From: an uncultured Myxococcales bacterium
Lineage (GTDB): Bacteria; Myxococcota_A; UBA9160; UBA4427
DNA length: 64,000 nucleotides
Assembly: GCA_965603475.1 (NCBI GenBank)
Contig: CBFDDD010000001.1
Span: 111,157 to 175,156 of the forward strand
Direction of reading: 5' to 3'
The notes below the pieces were generated by a model, which saw nothing but the letters and a program-made list of their open reading frames with translations, made no database searches and had not been told where the DNA came from. Position numbers and translations under genes: made by a program. Numbering within the stretch: the stretch's first letter is position 1; every line of letters begins with the position of its first letter. Shown piece after piece: positions 29,226-37,299 of this stretch.

Positions 29226-30401
29226 CTAACTAATCACACCGTCTTTTCGATACGCGTCGATTTCAATCGAACTCAATCCCAAGCCAGTGAGCACGCGCTC
29301 GGTATCCTCCGCGTGGCTGGGAGGATGGCTGGAGGCTGGCAGTCGATCTCCGTGGAATCTGGCCGGGGATCGGATGATTCGCATCGCACCCATCGAGGGA
29401 TGGTGACGGACTTCGACTGTGCCGTTCGCACTGAGCTGTGGTTGTGACAGCGTCTCTTCGTGATCATGACACTTGGCTGCGGGCACGTGGTTCTCCCTCA
29501 ACCTTTTCAACACCTCGTCCGTCGTAAATTGTTTGAAGGCCTCCGCCAGTTCCTGACGATAGGCGTCCACATTCTTCATCAATGCCGGGATCGAGCTGAA
29601 ACGCTCGTCCTTCAGCAGGTCTTCCTTACCCAGGGCTCGCAGTAATCCTGCTCTCTGCTGACCCGTCGCCGCGGAGCAGGTGACTTCACCGTCCCGCGTG
29701 CTGGAAAGCTCGTAGAGCATGTCCGACAGCAGCGTCTGAATCTCGACATCCTCATCCACCAGGGTGTGGTTCATGAATGCATCGGGAAAAATGAAGAAGA
29801 GCCCCGCATCGAGCATCGAGAGATCGATGTGTTGCCCCTCTCCGTTTTTCTCCCGAACCAGTAGAGCGGCGGTGACGGCCTGGCAGGCGGAATAGGCCGT
29901 GATTTTGTCGCAGATCAGGTTGCGAACGAATGCCGGTGTCTCTTTGCCCTGCGAAGCGGCGATACCCGCGTGCGCCTGTATGACCGGGTCGTAGGCTGGC
30001 GCATTGGCCAGCGGTCCATCCTTGCCAAAGCCCGATATCGCAACGTAGACGAGGCGGGGATTGAGGGCCCTCAGCTTGTCACTGCCGAGATTTAGCTTGT
30101 CCATTACACCGGGTCGGAAATTGTGGATGACGACGTCGGCTTCCTCGACCAGCTGATGGATCAGACTCTGACCGGCCGGCTCCTTCAGGTTGATCCCAAT
30201 GGACTCCTTGCCGCGGTTGCAGTTGGCGAAGAGCGCCGAGATTCCTCCCTTGGCCGTCCCAATGTACCGCATGGGGTCGCCCACATCGGTGGGCTCGACC
30301 TTGATCACTCTCGCGCCCTGATCGGCCATCATCATGGCTGCGAAGGACGCTGTAATCATGGTCGAGAACTCGAGTACGGTGACATCTTCGAGCGGTTTCA
30401 T
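29226..30401 (-). CDS. family III CoA-transferase (CaiB/BaiF)
   Basis: MKPLEDVTVLEFSTMITASFAAMMMADQGARVIKVE N-terminus is typical of the family. GGAGGA RBS. Confidence 0.9.
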   Translation of the reverse strand: MKPLEDVTVLEFSTMITASFAAMMMADQGARVIKVEPTDVGDPMRYIGTAKGGISALFANCNRGKESIGINLKEPAGQSLIHQLVEEADVVIHNFRPGVMDKLNLGSDKLRALNPRLVYVAISGFGKDGPLANAPAYDPVIQAHAGIAASQGKETPAFVRNLICDKITAYSACQAVTAALLVREKNGEGQHIDLSMLDAGLFFIFPDAFMNHTLVDEDVEIQTLLSDMLYELSSTRDGEVTCSAATGQQRAGLLRALGKEDLLKDERFSSIPALMKNVDAYRQELAEAFKQFTTDEVLKRLRENHVPAAKCHDHEETLSQPQLSANGTVEVRHHPSMGAMRIIRSPARFHGDRLPASSHPPSHAEDTERVLTGLGLSSIEIDAYRKDGVIS

Positions 30402-30553
30402 CGCCTGGTCCTCCGGGAAATCAACTCATTGAACACGAGTTCGACCGGAATTCTGCGGAAGAACCCGGGTCTTCGAGAATAGCGTGTCTCGCACCCACGC
30501 TGGACCTTGCTGGCGGCGACGCCAATGAACGCAGCCAGTGGTTCAGCGGTGCG

Positions 30554-31198
30554 CTAGGACACGACGCCAAAACGAGCGGTATAGGCCAGCAGGAGCTGAG
30601 CACCGAAATACGCAGGAAGTCCCAAGGCAGAGTTCGCAAACCCGGATGAGACGAAGCGTTCGCGAGCTACGAAGACGTCGGAGATCCCGAATACGATTGC
30701 ACCGATCGCCAGTATGATTGGGGCGCCGGCTGCGACGGCGCTGATCGATGCGATGACCATGAAGGAAATCACGCCGATATAACTGACGACCGCGATACGA
30801 AAATCGTTTGGGACGTGTGGATGGAGCCAGCGCAGCGTGATCACCGCAAGTCCGCCGATCACCAATCCTCCGACGAGGAGTCCAGTCCAATCGAGCCCGA
30901 GTTGGTAGAACGCGATCGCATACACGATGTGGCCGAGCAGGAAGGCGCCAATTCCAGCGAGAAATCCGGTTGATTGACCTGGCGAAAGGAGGCAAGCGTC
31001 CCCGATCCAGCACAGGACGAGTCCACCCAGCAGAATCTCGCCATAGCTCGATTCGAGTGCGCCACAGGCCAGAGCCATTGCCAGAAATGCCGAAGCCGCG
31101 GACATCTTTGCGGCGATCTTCGCGATTCTCGAATCGGCCCATTCCGCGACGAGAAGGCAAGCGACGGCTGAGGCGCAGACGACGATAGAGGGAATCAT
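30554..31198 (-). CDS. YhhN-family membrane protein (lysoplasmalogenase family)
   Basis: About 8 TM segments, with WIGDACLL and GISDVFVARERF motifs characteristic of YhhN/TMEM86. Confidence 0.7.
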   Translation of the reverse strand: MIPSIVVCASAVACLLVAEWADSRIAKIAAKMSAASAFLAMALACGALESSYGEILLGGLVLCWIGDACLLSPGQSTGFLAGIGAFLLGHIVYAIAFYQLGLDWTGLLVGGLVIGGLAVITLRWLHPHVPNDFRIAVVSYIGVISFMVIASISAVAAGAPIILAIGAIVFGISDVFVARERFVSSGFANSALGLPAYFGAQLLLAYTARFGVVS

Positions 31199-31300
31199 GC
31201 AAATGCTCCGTGCCGCTTCGGGTCGGTCATGGAAGGTCGAGAGTCCTCGCGGCAGCTGGATGCTAGCGTTTCAGGGTTCCATGCTCGGGAGGAGAACCGA

Positions 31301-33181
31301 ATGATCAAAGGTTACGCGGGCCGCGTCCTCGAGATAGACCTGGCAACCCAGCGCTATTCGTTCCAGCCGCTCGACGAAGAGATCGCAAGACTCTACATCG
31401 GCGGCAAGGGCTACGGCACCCGGCTTCTCTACGATCGTACCGAGGCCGGTATCGATCCACTCGGCCCCGAGAATCCGCTGATCTTTGCGACCGGTCCACT
31501 GAATGGTTCCGTGGCGCCTCAGAGCAATCGGTTTGCGGTCGTCTGCAAGAGCCCTCTGACCGGTGGGATCGGCAATGCGACCTGCGGCGGAAACTACGCC
31601 TACGGCATGAAGCGAGCCGGGATCGACATCATCGTCGTCAGCAACCGGTCCGAGCGACCCGTTCGAATCGAAGTCAATGGGGATCGTGACGAGGTCGAGT
31701 TTCTCGACGCCGCGGATCTATGGGGCAAGGGCACCTACGAAACGCAGGAGATTCTCGGCAAGAAGAAAGCCCATGCTGTAATCGGTCCGGCCGGCGAGAA
31801 CCAGGTTCTCTTCGCCGGCATCGTTTCGAACGAGCGGATTGCGGGGCGCACGGGCGTCGGGGCCGTGATGGGATCGAAGCGATTGAAGGCCATCAGCGTG
31901 ACCGGGTCGCGCAAGCTCGAGATGGACGATCCCGAGGCGTTCAAGACGTATACCAAAGAAGTTCGCGAGATGTTCAAGGAACATCCGGTACTCGGAAGTT
32001 CGATGAAGCGCTTTGGGACCGCCGGTATCGTCAACACCACGAATGGGCGCGGCATGCTGCCCACGAAGAATTTTCAGCGCGGACATTTCGATGAGGCGAT
32101 GACGATCTCCGGTGAGTACATGGAGGACCATGAGCTGGTCGGAGTGAAGAGCAGCTGTCTGCACTGCCCTGTGACCTGTGGCCGGGATGTCGAGGTAGAC
32201 GGCAGGCGCGTCAAGGGTCCGGAATACGAAACGGTTGCGTTGATGGGGAGCAATCTCGAGATCGGAGACCTCAAGAAGGTTTCGGAGTGGAATTTCCTTG
32301 CGGATGACCTGGGGATGGACACGATCAGTCTCGGCGTGACGCTGAGCTTTGCGATGGAGCTGCAGGAGCGCGGCATGTTCGATGCGGGTGTTCGCTTTGG
32401 CGATGCCGAGGGCGTGAGCGAATTGATTCGAGATATCGGCCATCGACGTGGTGCAGGCAATGAACTCGCGGACGGCTCGAAAAGGATGAGCGAGCGAATC
32501 GGTGGTCATGAATTTGCCATGCACGTCAAGGGCCTCGAACTTTCGGCCTACGATCCACGAGGTTCCTTCGCCCAGGGTGTCGAATATGCGACAACCAATC
32601 GTGGAGGCTGCCATGTTCAAGGCGCGAGCATGTATCTCGAATCGATCGGTCCGCTCACGATCAATCCGCAGAACCTCAAGCTCAAGGCCGATATTCCAGT
32701 TCTGATGCAGAATACGGCGTGCGCGATCAACTCGATGGTGCTTTGCATCTTTACGACGTATGGAATGTTTCCTGCAGCCATTCACAACATGGATCCGAAA
32801 TCGCTGACGCACCGAATGATGTCGAAGGCCTTCGAGAATTCGGGCCCGATGATGCGAATGGCGATGGGCATGAAGGGCAAGCCGATACTCTGGTTCGAGA
32901 AATGGCTGACCTATATCACGGGGCAGACCTTCTCTTCGGGCCACCTGCAGGAGATCGGCGGTCGGATCTTCAATCTCGAGCGGATGTACAATCTGCGCGA
33001 GGGTTTGACTAGCAAGGACGATACGCTGCCTCCGCGCCTCCTGAATGAATCGATCTACGACAACATGGACGCCGGCCATCCCCTGGCAGAGCTGTTGCCC
33101 CGCTACTACAAGCTGCGAGGCTGGAACGCAGATGGGGTGCCGAACCGCGACACCCTGGACCGACTCCAGATCAGTATCTAA
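31301..33181 (+). CDS. aor: aldehyde:ferredoxin oxidoreductase (tungsto/molybdopterin AOR family)
   Basis: MIKGYAGRVLEIDL start. AOR N-domain. 4Fe-4S ligands CLHCPVTCGR (CxxCxxxC). The C-terminal LPPR...YYKLRGW is typical of AOR. Confidence 0.9.
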   Translation: MIKGYAGRVLEIDLATQRYSFQPLDEEIARLYIGGKGYGTRLLYDRTEAGIDPLGPENPLIFATGPLNGSVAPQSNRFAVVCKSPLTGGIGNATCGGNYAYGMKRAGIDIIVVSNRSERPVRIEVNGDRDEVEFLDAADLWGKGTYETQEILGKKKAHAVIGPAGENQVLFAGIVSNERIAGRTGVGAVMGSKRLKAISVTGSRKLEMDDPEAFKTYTKEVREMFKEHPVLGSSMKRFGTAGIVNTTNGRGMLPTKNFQRGHFDEAMTISGEYMEDHELVGVKSSCLHCPVTCGRDVEVDGRRVKGPEYETVALMGSNLEIGDLKKVSEWNFLADDLGMDTISLGVTLSFAMELQERGMFDAGVRFGDAEGVSELIRDIGHRRGAGNELADGSKRMSERIGGHEFAMHVKGLELSAYDPRGSFAQGVEYATTNRGGCHVQGASMYLESIGPLTINPQNLKLKADIPVLMQNTACAINSMVLCIFTTYGMFPAAIHNMDPKSLTHRMMSKAFENSGPMMRMAMGMKGKPILWFEKWLTYITGQTFSSGHLQEIGGRIFNLERMYNLREGLTSKDDTLPPRLLNESIYDNMDAGHPLAELLPRYYKLRGWNADGVPNRDTLDRLQISI

Positions 33182-33207
33182 CCCGGCATAGACCAGTTGA
33201 GGAACGA

Positions 33208-33471
33208 ATGATGAGTATTCGGGTCGAGTTGACCTACGACATGAGCAAGGCTCTGGGCCTTCAGAGTTTCGACATCGATTCCGCGGCGACCGTGCGAGAC
33301 GTCGTGGAGCAGACCGAGACGCGCTTCGAACGGGGCGATGAATTCTCGAAGCTCGCTCGTCTCGCGGCGATCGCTGTCAACGGTGTACTGGTCAGCCACC
33401 GCAAGGGCATGAAGACCAGGTTGACGGATGGTGATCGAGTGGGGTTCGTGAAGGCTGCGGCCGGCGGATGA
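33208..33471 (+). CDS. MoaD/ThiS-family ubiquitin-like small protein
   Basis: 87 aa ending ...GDRVGFVKAAAGG (C-terminal GG). Lies immediately downstream of aor. Confidence 0.7.
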   Translation: MMSIRVELTYDMSKALGLQSFDIDSAATVRDVVEQTETRFERGDEFSKLARLAAIAVNGVLVSHRKGMKTRLTDGDRVGFVKAAAGG

Positions 33472-34184
33472 GCGATCAAACCGTGTCCAAACGAATCATC
33501 GTCGAGCCGAGCCCGACCGTCAGTCATGCCATCGAAACGCGGCGCTCGGTGCGGGCCTATCTGTCCGATCCGGTCCCCGAGGAGATCGTGCGCGAGATTC
33601 TCTCCTGTGCGAGTCGCGCCGCGTCTGGAGGAAACCTCCAGCCGTGGAAGGTGAGTGTGCTTGCGGGCGAGGTGCGTGATGCTTTCGTGAATACAGTCGC
33701 CGAGCGAATGAAAGAAACCCCTTTCGGCGAAGGCCAGGAGTATGCGATCTATCCTGCCGATCTGGAGGAGCCCTATCGAGGGCGTCGATTCAAGGTCGCG
33801 ATGGACATGTACGGTCTGGTTGGAATCGAGCGTGCCGACAAAGTGGCGCGGGCACAACAAATGGCGTTGAATTTTTCGTTCTTCGGCGCGCCGGTGGGCA
33901 TGTTCATCAGCATCGACCGCAAAATGGGGCCACCACAGTTTGCCGACCTGGGAATTTTTCTCCAGAACGTGATGCTCCTTGCGCGTGAGCGCGGACTGCA
34001 TACCTGCGCTCAGGAAGCTTGGTCGACCTGGGGGAAATCGATTCGAGAGTTCACGAGCATCGGAGAGGACGAGATGGTGTTTTGCGGCGTGGCTCTTGGC
34101 TATGCGGATCCCGACGCCGTGATCAATGATCTCTATACGGAACGTGCGTCGGTAGACGAGTTCGCTCAATTTCAAGGGTTCTGA
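33468..34184 (+). CDS. nitroreductase family flavoprotein
   Basis: RRSVRAYLSDPVPEEIVREIL...ASGGNLQPW pattern. ATGA overlap with the MoaD-like gene. Confidence 0.8.
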   Translation: MSDQTVSKRIIVEPSPTVSHAIETRRSVRAYLSDPVPEEIVREILSCASRAASGGNLQPWKVSVLAGEVRDAFVNTVAERMKETPFGEGQEYAIYPADLEEPYRGRRFKVAMDMYGLVGIERADKVARAQQMALNFSFFGAPVGMFISIDRKMGPPQFADLGIFLQNVMLLARERGLHTCAQEAWSTWGKSIREFTSIGEDEMVFCGVALGYADPDAVINDLYTERASVDEFAQFQGF

Positions 34185-34240
34185 CAAGTTCCAGAGGTTC
34201 TGACACGTTTCAGAAGTTCTGACAGCTCCAGAGGTTCTGA
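34170..34240. repeat. 4 tandem copies (period 19, 19, 18 bp) of YTYCARRRGTTCTGA, starting with the last codons and stop of the nitroreductase gene
   Basis: Copies start at 34170, 34189, 34208 and 34226: TTTCAAGGGTTCTGA / TTCCAGAGGTTCTGA / TTTCAGAAGTTCTGA / CTCCAGAGGTTCTGA. Confidence 0.9.
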
Positions 34241-34250
34241 ACCGGGCCGA

Positions 34251-34886
34251 TCAGAGCAGCAACGCAACGAGTTCGCTCGGGGCATTTGCGAAGCGATTGG
34301 CTCCTGCCTGCGTCAGTTCTTCTGAGGATCCGTAGCCATAGAGCACTCCAATGGCAGAGACTCCATTGTCTAGAGCCCCGATGATGTCATGCTTTCTGTC
34401 GCCGACCATGGTCGCGTCGCCCGCGTCGATCTGAGTTTCTGAAAGCGCGTATCGAAGCAGTTCCGACTTGTTTGTCCGGGTACCGTTCAGCTCCGAGCCG
34501 AAGACGTCGCTGAAATAGTCGATCAGATCGAAATGCTCGAGGATCTGGCGGACATAGATCTGCGGCTTGCTCGAGGCGACGCAGAGCCGAACGCCCGCAC
34601 TCCGTATCGTCGAAAGCGCATCATTGATCCCGGAGTAGGGCGTGTTTTCGTAGAGACCGACGCTCGAGAAACGCTCGCGGTAGTGAGCGACGGCCGCCTG
34701 CGCTCGATCGTGGCCGACCAGCGTCTGGAAATTTTCGAGCAGCGGCGGGCCGATACACCAGAGCAGGTCATTGGCTTCAGGTACGTCCACGCCGAGCCTT
34801 TCCAGCGCAAACTGAATCGAGCCCGTGATGCCGACCATCGGGTCGGTCAGCGTACCGTCGAGATCGAAGAAGATGGTCCGGCTCAT
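34251..34886 (-). CDS. HAD-family hydrolase (phosphoglycolate phosphatase-like)
   Basis: Motif I IFFDLDGTLTD. Motif IV MVGDRKHDI. Confidence 0.85.
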   Translation of the reverse strand: MSRTIFFDLDGTLTDPMVGITGSIQFALERLGVDVPEANDLLWCIGPPLLENFQTLVGHDRAQAAVAHYRERFSSVGLYENTPYSGINDALSTIRSAGVRLCVASSKPQIYVRQILEHFDLIDYFSDVFGSELNGTRTNKSELLRYALSETQIDAGDATMVGDRKHDIIGALDNGVSAIGVLYGYGSSEELTQAGANRFANAPSELVALLL

Positions 34887-35057
34887 GCCCAGAGTCTTAG
34901 CGCTGATTGGCCAGAATGGGGTGGGCGTTGGTCTCCGGGGTGGAATCGCCGGGGCCGTCGGGATGTCGTACGCTGGCTATCTGGTCGAAGTCGAATATTG
35001 GGCTCGCGAAACCAGGCGAATGGGGCGAAGGACGGCACAAGGGCGGAGGAAGAGGAA

Positions 35058-35960
35058 ATGGCGGCAGCGACGAACGCACAGGGGCTCGATGTCATGCGGC
35101 TCTCGGGTTCCCTGGGAGCCGAGGTCCGGGGGATTTCTCTCGAGAAAGCGGGACCGGAAGATGCGAATCGAATCCGCTCGCTCCTGATGGATCACCAGGT
35201 TCTCTTTTTTCCTGATCAGCATCTCACGCCGGATACGCACATTGCGTTCGGCGAGCTCTTTGGTGAACTCGAGGCGCATCCGAATCTGGAGCTCGGTGGG
35301 GAGCGTCCCGAGTTTTTCGAGTTGCACGCCTCTGGTGGCAAGGGCGCGATCGCGGACGAATGGCACAGCGATCTCACCTGCCAGGAGAGTCCCTCGGTCT
35401 TCGCGATTCTGCACATGGTGAAGTGTCCGCCGGTCGGTGGAGACACGATGTGGTCGAATATGTACAAGGCCTACGACGAGCTGACGCCGCCGATGCAGGA
35501 GTTCTGTGAAGGATTGAGTGCACTTCACGATGCCCACCCGCATGACCATCCCGAAAGGATGGCTGTCCACCCGGTGGTTCGGGTTCATCCGGAGACGGGG
35601 CGCAAATCCCTCTTCGTGAACGAACATTTTACGAGGCGCATCGTCGAGCTGAGCCATGAGGAGAGTGAGGCGCTGCTCCGATTTTTGACCGGCTGGGCGA
35701 CGAACGCCCGTTTTGCAATGCGCTATCGATGGTCTGAAGGCACGATCGCGATGTGGGACAACCGCTGTACCCAGCACTGCGTCCTCAATGATTTCGAGGG
35801 AGAGCGAGTCATCCAGCGTGTGACGGTGATGGGGGATTTGCCCGAGCCGGCAGCGGCGCCGCGTTGGGAACCCTGCATTCAACCGGTCAGTGCGGCGAGC
35901 CGCCACGACCGGCAGTTGAAGGCCTATCTCAAGAGTGTTGGTGGTCGTAATCGGACTTGA
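35058..35960 (+). CDS. TauD/TfdA-family Fe(II)/2OG dioxygenase
   Basis: ATG 35058 with GGAGGAAGAGG RBS. WHSDLTCQESPS (HxD). C-terminal WDNRCTQH. Confidence 0.85.
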   Translation: MAAATNAQGLDVMRLSGSLGAEVRGISLEKAGPEDANRIRSLLMDHQVLFFPDQHLTPDTHIAFGELFGELEAHPNLELGGERPEFFELHASGGKGAIADEWHSDLTCQESPSVFAILHMVKCPPVGGDTMWSNMYKAYDELTPPMQEFCEGLSALHDAHPHDHPERMAVHPVVRVHPETGRKSLFVNEHFTRRIVELSHEESEALLRFLTGWATNARFAMRYRWSEGTIAMWDNRCTQHCVLNDFEGERVIQRVTVMGDLPEPAAAPRWEPCIQPVSAASRHDRQLKAYLKSVGGRNRT

Positions 35961-35998
35961 GCGGATCGAAGGGCCAGCTTTCGAAAGGAGCGATCTTC

Positions 35999-36475
35999 AT
36001 GACACCCGACAGCCTCTTCATGATCTGTAACAACGGTGTGCTGCCGGCCTGGCTCCTGCTCGCGTTTGCGCCCTCGTGGTCATGGACCCAGCGTATCGTC
36101 CATCAGATCTGGATTCCGATCCTGCTGGGATGCGTCTACCTCGGCGTGCTCTTGACGAGCCCCGAGGCACCCGAGGGCGGCGGGTTCTCGAGCCTCCGCG
36201 GCGTCATGACGTCGTTCACGAGCCCCCATTTTGCCCTCGTGGGTTGGGTCCACTACCTCGCTTTCGACCTTTTTGTCGGCGCATGGGAAGTACGCGACGC
36301 GCAGCGCCGATCGATCTCCCATTTATTGGTCGTACCCTGCCTCTTGCTGACCCTGATGCTAGGCCCGGTCGGGCTACTCGCTTACCTCGGCCTTCGCTTC
36401 GGACTGAAGCGTGAAGTCTCTCTGGATGAATCGACACGATCGACAGAGGGAGATGCCAGCCATGGAAGTGAGTGA
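35999..36475 (+). CDS. ABA4-like/DUF4281 membrane protein
   Basis: AAGGAG RBS before ATG 35999. LPAWLLLAFAPSW... and HYLAFDLFVG motifs as I recall them for DUF4281. Confidence 0.6.
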   Translation: MTPDSLFMICNNGVLPAWLLLAFAPSWSWTQRIVHQIWIPILLGCVYLGVLLTSPEAPEGGGFSSLRGVMTSFTSPHFALVGWVHYLAFDLFVGAWEVRDAQRRSISHLLVVPCLLLTLMLGPVGLLAYLGLRFGLKREVSLDESTRSTEGDASHGSE

Positions 36476-37013
36476 GGAAATCGGCCCCAAGGAAGCCAGG
36501 TTCATCGATGCGCAGCGGATGTTTTTCGTTGGGACGGCACCGCTTTCGGCGGAGGGACATGTCAATGTCTCGCCGAAGGGCTATGCGAGCTTTGCGCGGC
36601 TCGGAGTTCGGCGAGTCGCCTATGTCGACCTGGGTGGAAGCGGGATCGAGACCCACGCCCATCTGCGCGAGAACGGTCGCATCTGTCTGATGTTTTGCGC
36701 TTTCGAGGGTGATCCCCTCATTCTGCGGCTCTACGGCGAAGGGCGCGCCTATCAATACGGCACGCCGGAATTCGAAGCCCTGCGCGGTCATTTCCCCGAG
36801 ATCGATGTACCTGTTCGCGGCATCATCGACGTCTCATTGACACGTGTCCAGCGTTCGTGCGGTTGGGCCGTTCCCAACTACGAATATGCGGGTGACCGCG
36901 ATGTCTTGCGGAAACACAACGCCAAGAGAACACAGGCCGAGTTCATGGCGCGGCGCATCGAGTCGAATGCTTCCAGCATCGATGGCCTGCCCGGACTCGA
37001 ATCTTCGGATTAA
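36462..37013 (+). CDS. pyridoxamine 5'-phosphate oxidase family protein
   Basis: FIDAQRMFFVGTAPLSAEGHVNVSPKG pattern. Overlaps the previous gene by 14 nt. Confidence 0.75.
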   Translation: MEVSEEIGPKEARFIDAQRMFFVGTAPLSAEGHVNVSPKGYASFARLGVRRVAYVDLGGSGIETHAHLRENGRICLMFCAFEGDPLILRLYGEGRAYQYGTPEFEALRGHFPEIDVPVRGIIDVSLTRVQRSCGWAVPNYEYAGDRDVLRKHNAKRTQAEFMARRIESNASSIDGLPGLESSD

Positions 37014-37038
37014 TTGCCATCCATCTCTGCGGCTTGGC

Positions 37039-37254
37039 TCAGCCGAGCTGATTCAAGATTTCCGAATCTTCGGGGAAGCGGCCTTCGTCATGTTTCGAGA
37101 AGATGAGCTTTCCATCCACCTCGACGTCAAAAATTCCACCTCGACCAGCGATTAGCTCGGGCGTGATTTCGTGTTTCTGCTGGATCTTGGCCGCCAGACT
37201 GGCGGCCCGGGGTTTGAAGTTTCAACTCGCGCAGTATGTAATTCGGATGAGCAT
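37039..37254 (-). CDS. SelW/Rdx-family selenoprotein (71 aa, Sec at codon 11, CxxU)
   Basis: Absent from the ORF track because it is split by TGA 37222-37224. GGGAGG RBS before ATG 37254. Reads MLIRITYCAS-U-NFKPRAASLAAKIQQKHEITPELIAGRGGIFDVEVDGKLIFSKHDEGRFPEDSEILNQLG. CxxU sits at the family redox motif and the C-terminal G.GG.F.V...G.LIFSK...G.FP pattern is present. Confidence 0.8.
37189..37207 (-). promoter_or_regulatory. putative bacterial SECIS hairpin for the SelW-like gene
   Basis: Minus strand GGCCGCC-AGUCU-GGCGGCC: 7-bp stem, GU in the loop, starting 14 nt after the UGA. Confidence 0.6.
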
Positions 37255-37299
37255 TTTTTCCTCCCGAGCCGGATCCTAGTTGAAGCGATCCCCTCAACC

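Noticed and set aside
31718-33079. 453-aa ORF on the minus strand
   Set aside because: It is fully antisense to the AOR gene, whose own frame carries the family motifs. The product is Arg/His-rich with no recognisable domain. This is a typical shadow ORF of high-GC DNA.
34977-35906. 309-aa minus-strand ORF
   Set aside because: It is antisense to the TauD-family gene, which carries the HxD/H facial-triad motifs.
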